From the NCBI RefSeq assembly GCF_009914755.1, contig NC_060935.1: a DNA stretch of 64,000 bases. One strand, given 5' to 3'. Each line of letters starts with the position of its first letter. The stretch's first letter is position 1. The notes below the pieces were generated by a model. The model was not told the origin of the DNA. It ran no database searches and saw only the letters and a list, made by a program, of their open reading frames with translations. Source of the DNA: the human T2T-CHM13v2.0 reference genome, Homo sapiens. This document shows positions 1 through 14,630 of the stretch, piece by piece. The position numbers and the translations under genes were made by a program.

Positions 1-202
1 CATTTTCGATATGAGAAAAATCACTTAAATTTTCTGAATTAAAATCGACAGAGAAGGTAGGAGGCAGCAAATGTTTGTTTCCGATATTGTCTTTACATTT
101 TGCTGATATTGCTGGAAATATTTTAGTTTGATATTATCTTCTGGCTTGGAACTGCTTCTTTTTGCACTTCTTATTAGAGTTGCAACTGAGTACTTTCACC
201 AC
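1..202 (-). other. Candidate exon (5' UTR part) of unidentified minus-strand host gene; possible start ATG at 3..1; exon continues beyond the window edge
   Basis: Minus strand reads ...ccttttttctccttttaatgtaattaag|GTGGTGAAAG (AG at 204-203). All three frames contain stops. It ends ...TCGAAAATG with A at -3 and an in-frame TAA at 27-25. Confidence 0.55.
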
Positions 203-429
203 CTTAATTACATTAAAAGGAGAAAAAAGGGTAAGAACTACAATGTCCTTCCTAAATGGCACAAAAAAAGTACCAGAAAAACTGGAAAATAGATTGACAA
301 CTACTGTAAAATATATGCAAAGTTTAACTTTGAAGACGCAAAATAAGGATTATTTCGTGTTATTTAATGTCGGTATGTCATTTATATGGCCTCATAACTA
401 TATTATCCTTATCTTCTTCTTAACGGCCC

Positions 430-1545
430 ATACCCAGCCCATCACCAAGCTTGTAGATTTAACCTCCTAAATAACACTTTTCAATTCCACCTACCTCTCC
501 ATGCCTACGCTCAAACCCACCACCACCCTAATACAAGCCACTGTTACCTCTTGTCCAGACAGTAGTTCTTTGTACCTGTCTGCAGCCACTCAAGCCCCTC
601 TACAAGGTAACCACAGTGATTTTTTTCCAGAAAACATCTAGGGTCATGTTACCCCTCATGAATTGCTTCAGACCCTCAAAGGCTTCCTATAACTCTTAGA
701 ACAAGGCCCCCAGTCCTTCACACAACCTGAAGGGCTTTAAGCAGTCTGAACCTTCCTACCTCTTCTCTCCTCTCTGCCCAGATCTCTGACTCCAGCTAAT
801 GGCTTTCTTTCAATTCCTTTAAGGCACCCTGTTCCCTCTGGAAAGTTCTTCCTGTCTTTTTCAACCTGGTCACACCAGCCCTTCATATCTCAGCTCAATC
901 TTCACTTCCTCCACGAAGCCCTCCCTGGCCTACCTGATCAGATCAAATGCTTTTGGTGCATGATTTCATTGTACCATGGGCTTCTCCTCCATGACACTTG
1001 TATCATTTACAATTGTATATTTGTGTGACTGTTTGGTTAATAAATATTATACCATATATATATATAAAACCATATATATAATATATATAATACCATATTT
1101 TGAGACAGATTCATGCTCTGTCACCAGACAGGAGGGCAGTGGCGCGATCTCAGCTCACTGCAACCTCTGCCCCTCCTGAGTTTAAGTGATTCTCCCACCT
1201 CAGCCTCCCTAGTAGCTGGGACTACAGGTGCACGCCACCACACCTGGCTAATTTTTGTATTTTTAGTAGAGATGGGGTTTCACCATGTTGGCCAGGATGG
1301 TCTCGATCTCCTGACCTCATGATCTGCCTGCCTAGGCCTCCCAAAGTGCTGGGATTACAGGCGTGAGCCACCACACCCGGCCCTAAATATATTTAATAAC
1401 TGATCCCTGACCATAAGGAGCATGAGGGCCAAGTCTGCTTTCGCTCACCATTGTCCCTTTCTCCCCATCCCACAAGTCTTTCCCTCCCCAATGCCCAGCA
1501 TCTAGCACATACTAAATAAACAAAAATCTCTTGAATTAATGAACT
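430..1545 (+). mobile_element. L2 3' fragment, interrupted by an Alu
   Basis: Diverged L2-like sequence ending in ...cccagcatctagcacata...ttgaattaatgaa (L2 3' end); boundaries approximate. Confidence 0.6.
1098..1382 (-). mobile_element. AluS (Sc-like)
   Basis: Full dimer in reverse with ggatggtctcgatctcctgacctc; tail decayed to (TA)n at about 1050-1097. Confidence 0.93.
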
Positions 1546-3594
1546 TATGCATTATAATTATCCATGTGGGATCAGCATTCCTTAGTGTTCTATGAGGTCA
1601 AGGATTCTCCCTTTTGCCCACTTGGCATCTCAGCATCTAGCCTACAGCCTGGCTGTAGACTGCTGATCAATAAGTGTTTAATGAACACCTAAGAATAATA
1701 AACAGAATTTTTTAAAATATAAAAGTAGTAGCTCTGCCCATCACTTGGAATAATTAAGAATTTCAATATTTGTATTGCTCAGGAGAATCAATTACCCAAA
1801 CTTCCTGCACGGTTGTTATATGAGAAGGGATTTATTGAAATGGTGGTTCTGATAGCCTACGGGTATTACACATCCACCTACTTAAAACTGCTCCCTTTAG
1901 ACAAATGCAACATACCCAGCTCACGCATGACAAACGAAAATCTGTCCACACAAATTTGTATTTAAACAAGAGTCTATCGGCTTACAAAGAAAAAGAAATT
2001 AACTTAACTTTTATGCACTTCTGAGAGTTTGTTTTCCTCTCGGATTCACAGAGCACAGTTACTCAAATGATCAAGGCCTATCTTCCTAGTCACAACCAGG
2101 TGAACAAAAGGAATGCTCGTATTTAAATAGCATTCCAAATCATGGTTACCAACATCCAACTTGTCAAGTTCAAGATCCCTTTAATAGATGTGTAAGTCAC
2201 AAAGTCTTAAAATACAGCCACACAGCTGTTTGGAGTTTTGGTGGTGGGGGAAGACACAGACCACCCCCCCACCCAAACATCACACACACACTATGAGACT
2301 TCCTCTGCTGATTGCTGTACAGTGACTTTTCTTCTTCTTCTTCTACAAAGCCATGCAGATAATATTTCAACAATAACCACACATTTCTCCCTGTGGTATA
2401 GACACATACAAAATGCATTAGGAAAAATGCCAATAACTGAAATGCTTTTCTCAGTAGCTCTATTCAAGTGAGTGTCTCACAGGTGCCACAGAAGTGCACA
2501 GCTTTCTGAATTTGGTTCCAAAGGGAGCTCAAAGTCAATAAGCCTCCTTAGCTATCATCCAGCATGACTAAATCACTCCAAGGGCAAACCTTTTTGAGTT
2601 ATGTGACCATTTCTTTCAGGGAGTTTTACCGAAAACGGCATGCCATAAACCAATTTAATTCAAGGTAACCCAAGCTGCTGGATGAAAAGGAGCCCAAGAA
2701 AGGAACAGAAGGAAGCAAACGCACATGTTTTGAGTTACACAGGATCCTCAATCACATACAGAAATGAGCACAAACAGACCAAGAAGGTTCCCAGGACCTA
2801 TATAAGGTATCACTTCAAATATAATCCCCACTTCCCATATTAGAATAAACTTGCCATTATGTTGGGATTTCTGCCTTTTAAAGTGGAAGAGCTGAGGAAA
2901 TTCTTTGCGAAAGAGCATTACACTGTGCAAACACGTCGGCTGGTTCAATGATGTTCAGAGGACATTTTAGGATGCCTTTTATGTTGTTCTCTTGTGAGCC
3001 TTGGACAGGAGGACAAGGGAATTCTCCACTCAGAAAATACTCAATTATTTTAATAGGATTACATTTTAGATTGACAATGTTTCAAATAGCCCCCTGAATT
3101 TATTAACCTGCCAGCACTTCAAATAAGTAATTTTAATGCTAAGATCTTTTAAGTTTATGTAAATGATTGGCAGTAAGTCAAAAAAATTTCCTCTAGTCTT
3201 CTGAAACATGACACTCTGGCCGTCAAGTGGAAGTTCATGAGCTTCATGAGCTCAGTAGTAAGGACTTTCACACTGGCTTCCCCATGTCTATGACTTGCCA
3301 CATTTTTAACTGCATGAGTTTCTCTGATCTTTTATTTTTTTATCACTCCTCTTTGGTTCCCAAAAGCATATTCTGGCTTGATTAAGACACAGGTTGATTA
3401 CAAGATCCAACTGAAACTCTAACGAAGGTATCATACTCTTTGGTCCCTAATGCTTTAATACTACTTCACCCCAACCCTCCCCTTTTGCTACAGACAAAAC
3501 AGTAATACATATATAGGACCTACCATATGCAAGGCACCAAGCTAAGTGCAGTTAATCAGCCAACTGACTTACATTGCCCGACGCTGACTACACA

Positions 3595-3810
3595 CCTCAC
3601 AGCGTCAGACAGACTGGGTTGAAATCTAGTCTCTGCCATTTATTATGCTATCTTCAACAAGTTTCTTAACCCACCAGGACTGGTTTCTTTTATAAAACAG
3701 AGATGAGAACAGTTCTCACTTCATAGAAATCTTGTGAGGACTAAGGGAGATAATCTGGGTACAGCCCTTACCCCAGCGTCAGGGTGTAGTAGGCATTCAG
3801 CAAGGACTTG
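3595..3810 (+). mobile_element. MIR
   Basis: tcagacagactgggttgaaatctagtctctgccattta...cttgtgaggactaa matches the MIR core. Confidence 0.65.
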
Positions 3811-3979
3811 GTCACCATCAGCCCTTCCTGTGGCTGGTTTTCACCTCTCCCCCTTGCCACTCTTCAGGCCACTGAGAATTCGTACCGCAGCCCCAAATAA
3901 AATGGAATGAACTATACTCTCTGTAGGAGTTTTCCTGGAGAGTTGAATTCTGACAATTGTATCAGTTCTCTAAGTATTT

Positions 3980-4298
3980 TATTTTATTATTATTATTATT
4001 ATTTTTTTTTTTTTTTGAGACAGAGTCTCACTCTGTCACCCAGGCTAGAGCGCAATGGTGCAATCTTGGCTCAACACAACTTCCGCTTCCTGGGTTCAAG
4101 CGATTCTCCTGCCTTAGCCTCCAGAGTAGCTGGGATTACAGGCGTGTACCACCATGCCCAGCTAATTTTAGTATTTTTAGTAGAGACAGGGTTTCTCCAT
4201 GTTGGCCAAGCTGGTCTTGAACTCCTGACCTCAGGTGATCCGCCCACCTCGGCCCCCCAAAGTGATGTGATTACAGACGTGAGCCACTGTGCCTGGCC
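3980..4298 (-). mobile_element. AluS (Sp-like)
   Basis: Reverse dimer with gcaatgg and gggtttctccatgttgg; (TTA)n/poly-T tail. Confidence 0.95.
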
Positions 4299-4424
4299 CT
4301 CTTAGGATTATTGTAAATGTTTCACTTTCTCACACAGTTACTACCAAATTTAATTATGATATGGTAAAGCTTCCAATTAAGCAACAATATGGCTTAGAAA
4401 GCATAGACAGTAAAGGGTCTGGAA

Positions 4425-5048
4425 CTGGGGTTGGCAAACTATGGCCTACAGGTCAAAGCCAGCCCAAAAGCTAGGAATGGTTTTCACATTTTTTAATGCT
4501 TGATCAAAATCAAAAGAATAATATTTCATGACACATAAAAATTATATTAAATTCAAATTTTCAGTGTCCATAATAAAAGTTGTATTGGGGCTGGGCGTGG
4601 TGGCTCACTCCTGTAATCCCAGCACTTTGGGAGGCCGAGGCAGGCAGATCACTTGAGGTCAGGAGTTCGAGACCAGCCTGACCAACATGGTGAAACCCCC
4701 TCTCTACTAAAAATACAAAAATTAGCTGGGCGTGACAGCTGGTGCCTATAGTCCCAGCTACTCAGGAGGCTGAGGCAGAAGAAGCGTTTGAACCTGGGAG
4801 GTGGAGGTTGCAGTGAGCCAAGTGCACCACTGCACTCTAGCCTGGGCCATAGAGTGAGACTCCGTCTCAAAAAATAAATAAAATAAAATAAGTTGTACTG
4901 GAACAGAGCCAAGCTTTTATGTATTTCCTATGGCTGTTTTTGCATTACAACAACCGACCTGAGTGATTTTGCTGGAGATTATATGGCCTACAAGACCTAA
5001 AATATTTACTATCTGGCCCTTTGAAGAAAAAGTTTGCCAGTATCTGGC
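4425..5048. mobile_element. MER58B-like hAT-Charlie DNA transposon, split by an Alu
   Basis: Ends ggggttggcaaact... and ...aaaaagtttgccagtatctg (terminal inverted repeat-like); typical cctaaaatatttactatctggcccttt. Confidence 0.8.
4589..4889 (+). mobile_element. AluSx-like
   Basis: Full dimer; TSD aagttgta(t/c)tgg at 4577-4588 and 4890-4901. Confidence 0.95.
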
Positions 5049-7454
5049 CTAGATCAATGTTTTTTGGCTTGGAAAAAGCTTAGCACACGACGGTAAACAT
5101 CTAAGAAACCTACAAAATCTCTGCAAAACTACACATGGTATTACTTGAGTATCTCTACAAAGACACTCTGCAAGAGAGCTTACACTAACCTACGCCATGG
5201 TGACAGGGGCTTTAATTGACAAAGATAACTACTGTTCTATTGCATCTTACTCACTGACCCACTTCACCCTGTTAAAATAAATTAGAATATATAAATACAC
5301 ACATACATACATATTCCCCACATAAAGTAATGCTCACTTTATGTCCAACATAGAATGTAAAGAAGCAAAAGGATCCCAAGTTCTCCATTTTTTTCTAATT
5401 CTGGTATCTTTTATAGATTTTTATGTAAGATTTTATTTTTATTTAAGAAAAATCTAGAGGTTTTTCCAAAAGTGTTCCTGAAAACACAATTCACCTTCTT
5501 GAGTTTCTTTGCTGCTTTGCTCTCAGATAATAATTGCAATTCTCATATTCAACTCCCCCTCCTAATTTACTGGATTTTGTTTTGGGGGGACCCACCTGGC
5601 ATTCTCTTCCTGACTCTCTGCTCTATGTTCCACGTTCCCTTGTCATGAACTGTGATTCTTTTGTACGAAAATACAGCTGAGGTAATAACAATTACAACAA
5701 AATATGTGGTTTACTCTGTCCACTTAATTCTCAGTGGACAGGTTAGCTTCTCTCTCCCATGATTTGGCAATTTATGCACTTAGCTATCAGGAGAATCAAC
5801 TAAGAGAATGAGGGCAGACACATGCAAATTCATCCTCTGTTGTACCTCAATGGTATGGTATGAGAGCTGTGCCTTCTATGTGTATAAGTTTCTGAAAGGG
5901 TGGGGCTTTGACATACTAATCTGCAATCCTCTTCCACTTGTAACATAGTCTGGAATGCAGCAATAGTGTATTTAATTTTTGTTGAAAAAAGGCATCTTCC
6001 AGTGGTCAGTAAATAAATGAAAGCTGCTACAGAAGGTACTTAATCTGATTTGAACTCTGTTCATTTTACTGATGAAGCTGACAAGAGTAAAGTGAACAAA
6101 GTTCTGTGAAAAGCATTGGCAATACAGATAGGAAAGAACAACAGAATCCAAGGAATTCTTTTTGTAAGTGAGTAAAACGTCTGTTAGAGAAATCTGAGCA
6201 GCATCAAGAATTATATAGACTAATATACACAAAATCCAGCAGAGTAATAAGTTCTAAGAGAACTTACATGCTTGGATGAAATGTTTCTTCTCACTTAGAG
6301 ATATTTCTACTACAAAAGATAGGGTAATGGTAAGAAATGCAAGACCTGCCCCAGAGGTGGAATAAAAAACTCTTATCACATTATTGAATACATAATTCTG
6401 AGCTTGTTCAATCCTTTCTTGGTCTGAAAAGGAAAGGCTTTTTCTTTTCCTGTTTTAAGGAGAAAACGGGGAAGACAGCTGGGCCTAGATAGACAAGACA
6501 TGAGTCCAATTCTCTCTGGACTTAAGAAACTAACACCATTTAAAATTACACTTCCAAACCACATCAGCCAAAAACTGCCAGTTGTTTCCCTCTGATTAAT
6601 TTGGGATATTTCTACAAAAACAAATCAGCGCAGGAAGACATTTTCTCACTATGGCATGCTATCCTAATCTCATCCAAAAGACATTAGGTAACCAACAGTT
6701 TCACAGAAGCAGGAGAAACGGGAAGATACCAAAGCGATGGGCAAATCAACATCCCTTAAATTATCTTTCATCACAAAACATTTGACTCCCAAATCTTCAC
6801 CAGACCAAAATTAAAATTCCAAAGTTGGACTACAGAGGAACTAAAAAAATAACATGCTTCTTGCTGGTTTGCTTTTCTTCGTGACCATTTTCCTACCACA
6901 GATTTTATTTATTACCATAAAAATGATACTTGTAACAGGAAGTTATGGTGTAGACTTTACACCCAGCTCATTATCAAGGCAGAGGAAAGGGGAGAATTTG
7001 AGGAAGTGTTTCTATTCTCAACCAAAAGAGGTACATATGTAATAGAGAAAGAACTACAAAATCAGGGAAACTCAGCTAACAATACGTAGCTTTAAGGCTC
7101 CACATGAAAGAAAACAGAACTCCAGGAGCACCGTGTAACGCCTGATTGCTGAGCGAATGTATTTTAGCATACTAGTTGTCACAGCAAGTCAGTGGGATTT
7201 GAAAGCACATTTCTGTTTTGACATCTGGCCCATAACAAAATTACTATTGATCTGTTGTGAGCTTCCAGCAAAACAGTATAACCTAGTCTCAGAACAAAGA
7301 GTCATCCACTAAATAACAGGCAATAATCATCCTATATCTGTGCCTTTAGTTCAAAATCACCACTTTGCTTGTGTTCTGCTTGGTCCATTTTGGGATAAGC
7401 ATTCTATTCCTGAATAGGGTTTCCAGATCTTTTTTTATTTTTAATGAATCTTAC

Positions 7455-7591
7455 CAGCCCAGGATTAATTCTGTCTTTCAGTAGCCTGGTGGCAGCAGCA
7501 GTATAATGCTGACATCTACCTTGTGCGCACACTTCGGTTTGCTGCTGATTCTGGAAACTGACAGGACAAGCATTATTTTCCAACAGATGTT
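7455..7591 (-). other. Candidate non-coding cassette exon (acceptor at 7591 or 7550)
   Basis: Minus strand: ttgccttccactgcctgtag| or cctgtcagtttccag|, donor CTG|gtaaga; not repeat-like. Confidence 0.3.
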
Positions 7592-9914
7592 CTACAGGCA
7601 GTGGAAGGCAACGATGAAACAAATCAGACAGTCAGAGCTGTTCACAGAGCTTTGGGAAATGTAAAAAAAAATAGAAGAAAGAAAAACCATTGGCCTCTTG
7701 TCTAACTTATTTTCATAGCTCTAGAAAAATTTATAGGCAAGTGCCACTCACAAATGACACAGCTTTCATTAAAATGATCATTTAGAATTTTTAGTAGGCT
7801 ACATTTTCTAATGATACTAATAAACTGTTAGAGAACTTTTACATAATATGGTTTGATCAAAAAAAAAGGTCCATTTATAGAATGCTTTAGTTGGATATTG
7901 ATTATATGTTGTCCCAACTGGTAAGTATCCACCTCATTTCAGGCCTTGGCCATATGCATCCTCAAATATATCACTGCCTCCTTTTCAGAACAAAGCTATA
8001 TTAACCGAGAAGCTATCTGATGGTTTCTTTTGCCTGCATCAGTCAAAAAAAAGACAAACAATATAGATCAAGTGCATCTGTTCTCTAGACTGCATTGATT
8101 TGTTGCATATGTGGTTAAATCCTGTCAAGCAATCTTAAAGGTGAAGCATTATCATCAGAGAACCCACTCTGGGAGGGGTGCACTGGGTCTTCTACCTGCC
8201 ACGCACAGCAGCTACAAAACTTCACCCAAACCAAAAAGACTTTTGAAACATGCGATCTGAGCCCCCAGACCTACTTCCAGCAAAGGGCTTTTAGTAAAAT
8301 GATGTCATAAGTAAAGGCTAACCAGGTATCCATTACCACCAAAGAGAAAACTGGCCCAAAATGTAAAAGGGTAAGTGGAGGCAAAGATAATATTATGGAC
8401 ATACAGAAGAAATTCCTGTTCCTAAACGTTTCATGTCATGGCATTTCAAGAAGAGCCTAGATAGGTGTCCATCTCAGATGGTTTGGGTATAGTCTTGACT
8501 GCAGGGAGGAGGTATACTAGCTATCCCACCCTGTTTTAGCAACTGTTTTATTACTTCAAACATCTTTGCCTCCTAGTTCCTCTATCCTGCCCTTGTTGGC
8601 CCATGAATCACCAATTTGCATAGATGAGTACACTGAAGCATTGCAAGTATTTTCTCATGGCCTCAAAGGACGTGTGCTGTTGACAGACTGCAGCTGAAAA
8701 GGACCAATTACTTAACTAATGTTTTGCAGAGATGTCCACATGCTGACCACAGCAATATTGAAGGCATAAATTATTATGCAAAGTCATGAATGTACATCCA
8801 TTTCAGAGTTATCTACGGGAAATTGTCAGGTCGACTTTAGTGACAAAGCACAGCCAAGTGGTGTTTTGAGAGAGAGAATCCATAACACTCCAGTAGCACA
8901 GAAGGTCTTTTAATAATATCTGCACTGAGAACATGAACAATTGCTCATTTTTCCTGGTTTATTTTTTCCCATCAAAACATTGGAGTAGGGCTCAGAATTT
9001 CTAAAGTAAATCAGACTTTTAATAAATTCTGTTATGCTTTTATTATATGCTAATAAATTTCTTTTTAAAATCTGTTCCCTGAATTAACAGCTCCATAAAT
9101 TCAGCTCTACAAGTGGCAGAAACCAGAAAGTACAGCAAACATTTATCCAGGATTTGCCAGGGCAGGCTTGATTTCAAATATTCTACCCGTTTATACTCAT
9201 AAATTACTTAAATGTCCCAGAAATTCATATATTTTAATGTCCAAACTGTATCTTTAAAATTTCCATCCACACATGGTCTTGGCAAAAAATTAGTTGGCAT
9301 AATCATCTTTTTGGCATTATCTTTTGTGCTCTAATTTTGGCTCAGAATACATAATCACTGTATGGATACGCTAAACAGCAAACATTTCATCTCCTGACAG
9401 AGGCTTTCCCTATCCTTACTTACCACACGTGATAAACTGTAATTGTTTCATTGCCTGTATTCCCACTCGATGCTAAGCTCTTGAACAGGGATCCTATCTG
9501 TCTTGTGAACCATTATTTCCCAATCTCCAGCATTGTGCATAGCACATGATAGATGGTCACTAAATACTTCCGGAAATATTTGAATGAGAAAATCAATCAA
9601 ATTCAAAGAAAGAAATTATAACCTGGAGTTTACCAGATAGATCTCAAAGTCATTAAACAAATGCAATAAGATGCTTTACTACTTCAGAGATAAGAACTGT
9701 TCCTCCTCATATATAAGCATTCATGTATTAAGTACACACAGACAGCTAAGGGGAGTTTGGAGGAAACACCACTGAATCCACAGAGGGAGGCATTAGATTC
9801 AACAGGACCCACAGGCCACCATTTGAATAATCACCCAACTTATCCTTGTTCTTGACATTTTCCTTCTGAGTATCTGAGAAAACTGTGGATACTCAGTCGC
9901 TTTGGCTTTCATTC

Positions 9915-10170
9915 ATTTTTATTTTTATTTTTTTAAGATAGGGTCTCACTCCATTGCCCACGCTAGCGTACACTGGCATGAACGTGAGTCACTGCAGCCT
10001 CAACCTCCTTGGCTCAAGCAATCCTCCCGCCTTGGCCTCCAGTGTAGCTGGGACCACAGGTGCACATCACCACACCTAACTAATTTTTTTAATAGTGTGT
10101 GGAGACGGGACCTCATTATGTCACCCAGGCTGGTCTCAAACTCCTGGGTTCAGGTGATCCTACCACCTCT
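9915..10170 (-). mobile_element. AluJ, 5'-truncated
   Basis: Reverse Alu with gggtctcact and ggctcaagcaatcctccc (J-type). Confidence 0.9.
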
Positions 10171-13100
10171 TCTTCAAGTACAGAAACCTATGTCAAGTTT
10201 AGTTCAAGATTTTATCAATCACTGATTTTAGCAATATGGACATGGTGTTTTTTCTTCTGGGAAAAAAAAAAAAAGTAAAACTAATGACGAGGGCCAAAGG
10301 AGTGAAGTCCTGCCTGCTCATGCTTGTACCTATAGGCTTAGAAATCATATACATGCTGGCTGAGGGCTTCTCCCATTCCATGAAAAGGGTGGGGTGTGTT
10401 GTATCTCACAGAAATGATGGGACACACCAATGAAAATGATGACTCAATAGCCTTGAAGTTTTAACCATTCAAATACAAAATGTGTAAAGTTTGCAGAGAT
10501 ATTGAATATAAGACAAACACAGATTTCAAAAACAAAAAACCAGAATGCTGTTTCACCTCTACCCAAGACATTTAATAATGATAACTGTAACTCCTATGTG
10601 GAACTGCAAAAACACTGAAGAAAAGATTAAGCTCACTGCTTGGAAACAGTAGGTGGTTTTCTATCATGAAATAAAGATACATTGAGGAATTTTTGTGTGA
10701 GAAATTTATCACTATGCTATTAAATTTGTGAATATGATCAAACTTTATAGAAAATGAGCAAGGTACTGACTTACTCACGCCAATCACTTGGATGCTACAG
10801 GCTAATATCCAGATAGAAATATGGACTCTGAAATCAATGAGAAGTTGTTCTGGGACACCTCTAGCCCCTTCCGTTATTTTACAATTCCCCAAACCCTGCA
10901 TCAGGCAACTCTTGACAGCCCTGAGAGTTTCAACTGATCTTAAGTTCAATGGTCAATGTGTAATCAGGCATCCTAACAGCTATACCTATAGGAAAAACAA
11001 ACAAGCAAAAACAAACAAAAAAAACCCATGATAGTTCTATTTTAAGCTGATGAGAACAATACACATTCAATAATGTATATTATTGAGGACTGGGCATTGT
11101 ACTAGGCACCCAAAATTCTATGATGCATTACGATCTGATCCCTACCTTCACAGAATTCAGTTCAGCATGGAGCCAAGTGAACACCAAGGAAATGTAATAT
11201 GGTATATAAAAAGTACAGAAAGATAAAAGGCATGTGCTAAGTGGTGGGAGAGAGGGCCAGGTTGAGTCAAGGGCATGCACAGTCAAGGATGTCACACTAG
11301 ATGGATGGTGACAAACAAGGATTAGACCCTGGGAAGCAAGGCAAGGGACCAATGAGTGAACATCACAGAGAATAATAAATACAATCATAATATATGAAAA
11401 AGCATTCTAATATTACAGCTACCCAAAATGAAAGGGCTCACTCTAAAGCTTTGGGATGTTGTACTATACTGAGTCCAATCCCTAAGGTCCCTTCTAACTC
11501 TGCAATTCTATGACTGACCAATCCCAAATCCCAACACTCCACCCCCAACAAAATGACACAAGAGAAGTTCTCATTTATGTCACAAGCGAATAGACAGAAA
11601 ATCATCATCTCTCCATCAGTGCAGGTACATTAGCCAAATCCGAGAGCTCTTCTCCCATTGGAAGACCTAATGTAGCCTTAAAAGTAGATACCTACCACAA
11701 AGAATGATTTATGACAGATCGGCAATTACGTGTGTTTATTTCATTGAGTTTACTCCTCCTATCACTCCTGGGAAAGAAACTAGGAAAACCATTTGCAAAC
11801 TGCTAGGGTTTTTTGCTGTTTGCCAAGCTAGACTATATATTAATATTCCCAGTAAAGAGCTTGACTAAAAGTAACTCTTGATATTATAACAACTCTTACA
11901 AAAGGCTATTTGCTGCTTCTGAAACAGGAGACTACAGTCATTAATAAGGATAAGCGCAGCTGTTCAGTCCACCACCCCTGAGGACAAGATACATGATTTA
12001 ACACCTTTTACTTAACAAGGTTCCCAGCCAAAAGAATCCATTTTCATCAGTATGTTTATAAGCTTACTTGCATATTCTAATGGCAACAGTACCAGATGAC
12101 AGTTTTATAAGTAGATACAAGAGGGTATCATTTCTCCTCTAAGCATATGCCAAGGCATACATCTGAAGAAAATGTTGCCTTATTGTTTATAATGTACTTC
12201 AGTACCTCTTTCATTGAAAATTAAGTTTATTCTGAAGCTAAAGTCGAGTAAATACAAATATTCTTGGGCTGGGAGCCAAAGGCTCCTGTGAATTACTAAT
12301 TAGGTGAATGAAGGGGAAAGGATTTGAACACCAAGGGAGAAAAAAAAATCTGTACATAGATCTACACAGCTAATAGACCTCATCCATTAACCAGCTTCTC
12401 CAAAACCAAAACAACCGATCTTCTGACCATCATTCTCACCACCACTCTCTGTGTTAATTATACATCAAAAATAAATCAGTGACATTTTTTGATAATAAAA
12501 GTAATGGCAGATTGTACAATAAGCAGAAAGACCCAAAGCTGTGTAGCCTGGGGAGAAAAAAGGGCTTGGAACCCAGAAGTCAATGGTTCCAATCACAGCA
12601 TTGCCTCTCTCTGGAGTTCTTAATATCATTAGTAACCTTTGATCTCAATTTCTCCCACCTGGAAAATTCAAAGGCTACCCACTGCATGTAAAATTTTTCT
12701 ATATGGAATAAATAAAACTACACACATAATTGTAAAGGGTTTTAGTGTTCTCAGAAGAGACTAGACTTCAATATTGTTAAATAATTTTTAATTACAAATA
12801 GTCCCAAAAGGAAATTTTAAAAAGCATTGAATCAGTCATTCGAAAAACATTTTTTGCATACCCAGTATGTGCCAAGCAGTCTGCTAAATTTGTGGATGCA
12901 AAGATAACTCAGCCAAATAGAAAGGTATCCACAGTACCAAGATTTCAAATTACTGGGGAACATGAAGATGAAGTCCGGCAAATTACAACATGACCTATTA
13001 GAAGAACGGACAAACTGCTATGGGAGCACGACTTTTGGGGATACCCAACTTTTTCAGTATCACTTTAAGGCAGGAGACAAAAGGTGGTTGGTCGGGTCTT

Positions 13101-14399
13101 TTTGTGTGTCCTATATTTCTAATAAATCACATTCTGAAATCCAAATTAACATAGTCTGTAATCAACATTAGGACCACTAATATAACTTCAGTTGGAATTA
13201 AAGAAATACGGCTCCATGCAATTCTAGTAATCAAAAAAAACATAAAAGAAGAAAATGAGTATAGCTTCCAGAGAAAACCAAAGTAAATCCCAACCAACAC
13301 TCAGCGATAAAAAGAAAAAAGGAATTCATTTGGAAAAATGCATTCCAGAAGAAATCAGTAAAGAGTTAATAAAGCCTTCTGCAAACTTAAGAGAAAAATA
13401 TCTCTATAAAAACGTACATGTAATAAGGCTACAGATCATTGGTTAGCTGCCAGAAAAATGATGGAATATGGTATAGTTTACTTATTTCTTTTTAATGGCT
13501 CCAACATTCCACCTGAAAAATTGGTCCTGGAGCTGTATAATTGGGGATAAAAATTAAATGACAGTTTCCATTTGTCATGATGAAAGCTGATCACTTGTGT
13601 TTTTTCATTTATCCACACTGACTAAAGTGGTTCCTTACGTCTACCAAGCCAATCTTTTTCCGAACAGTGAAAATAATGTTGTTACTAAACTAAAGGGAGA
13701 AATGGAATCATCTGTTGGCATCTGAACATACACTTCATTCAGGTTCCATAGTTCTCTGTTCTGTATGTCCACACGACTAGAGGTAGGGGCTAGAGGACAA
13801 CTTCTGGGAAGTCAATAATGTAATCTGAGACTAGGCCATTGGTCCCATTTTCTTATTTACAAATATTGTGAAATTAAATCGCTAATTTTTCACATTACTA
13901 GTAGAAAATCAATTCGCCTCTCTTCCTCATGTTTAAAAGTCAGCTTAAATAGCAAAGGTCAGTAAGCAGATTAGGAACACTAGAGGGAGAAATCAACCAT
14001 AGCTTCTACGTAAGGAAGATGGGATGTACAAAGCTAAAGTTTGTTGTTGCTGTGACATATTTGCAGGGGGCAGGCACGTGGAGGGGTGAGGAGAGGCTAT
14101 GTGTGAAGCACAGTAGGGGACTAATGACTATAACATAGTGACAAACACAGTTTTAATCTCAAAACATAAAAAATATGTGTTTGGCTTTTGCTCATCCTGA
14201 TCTCAGAACGTATTTGGAAGGGGGAAAGCAATTCTCAAAAATGTATTTAAATGACTAAAAATAGATTTATGTCAACCTGTCCTGAAGTATATGCCTTCCC
14301 TTTCATTCTAGACTCAGGCTGATTTGGGTTTGACTGGGTTTTCATCAATAACCTCTGTCTAGTAAAGTGTCTCAAAACTAGAGTTGAACTAAGCAATAT

Positions 14400-14630
14400 A
14401 ACATAGCAGTGATAAGCAGTCGGCTTGGGGACAGACCACTACTTCCCCACTTACAGCTCAGGACCGTGGGCCAGTTACTTAACTGGCTCGTGCCTCAGTT
14501 TCTTATATAGACAATAGAGGTAATGAGAAGGCTCTGAATATTAAAGAAATTAGTAAGTATGAATTGCCTGGAATAATGACTAGCACATAGTAAATCCATA
14601 ATAATGTTATACTATCACTATTATACCATG
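14400..14630 (+). mobile_element. MIR
   Basis: agttacttaactggctcgtgcctcagtttctt...cctggaataatgactagcacatagtaa. Confidence 0.65.

Noticed and set aside
3907-4305. 132-aa ORF and similar ORFs (38828, 43223, 53957, 55468, 59390, etc.)
   Set aside because: They are translations of Alu sequence ([15 protein letters not shown] motif), not genes.
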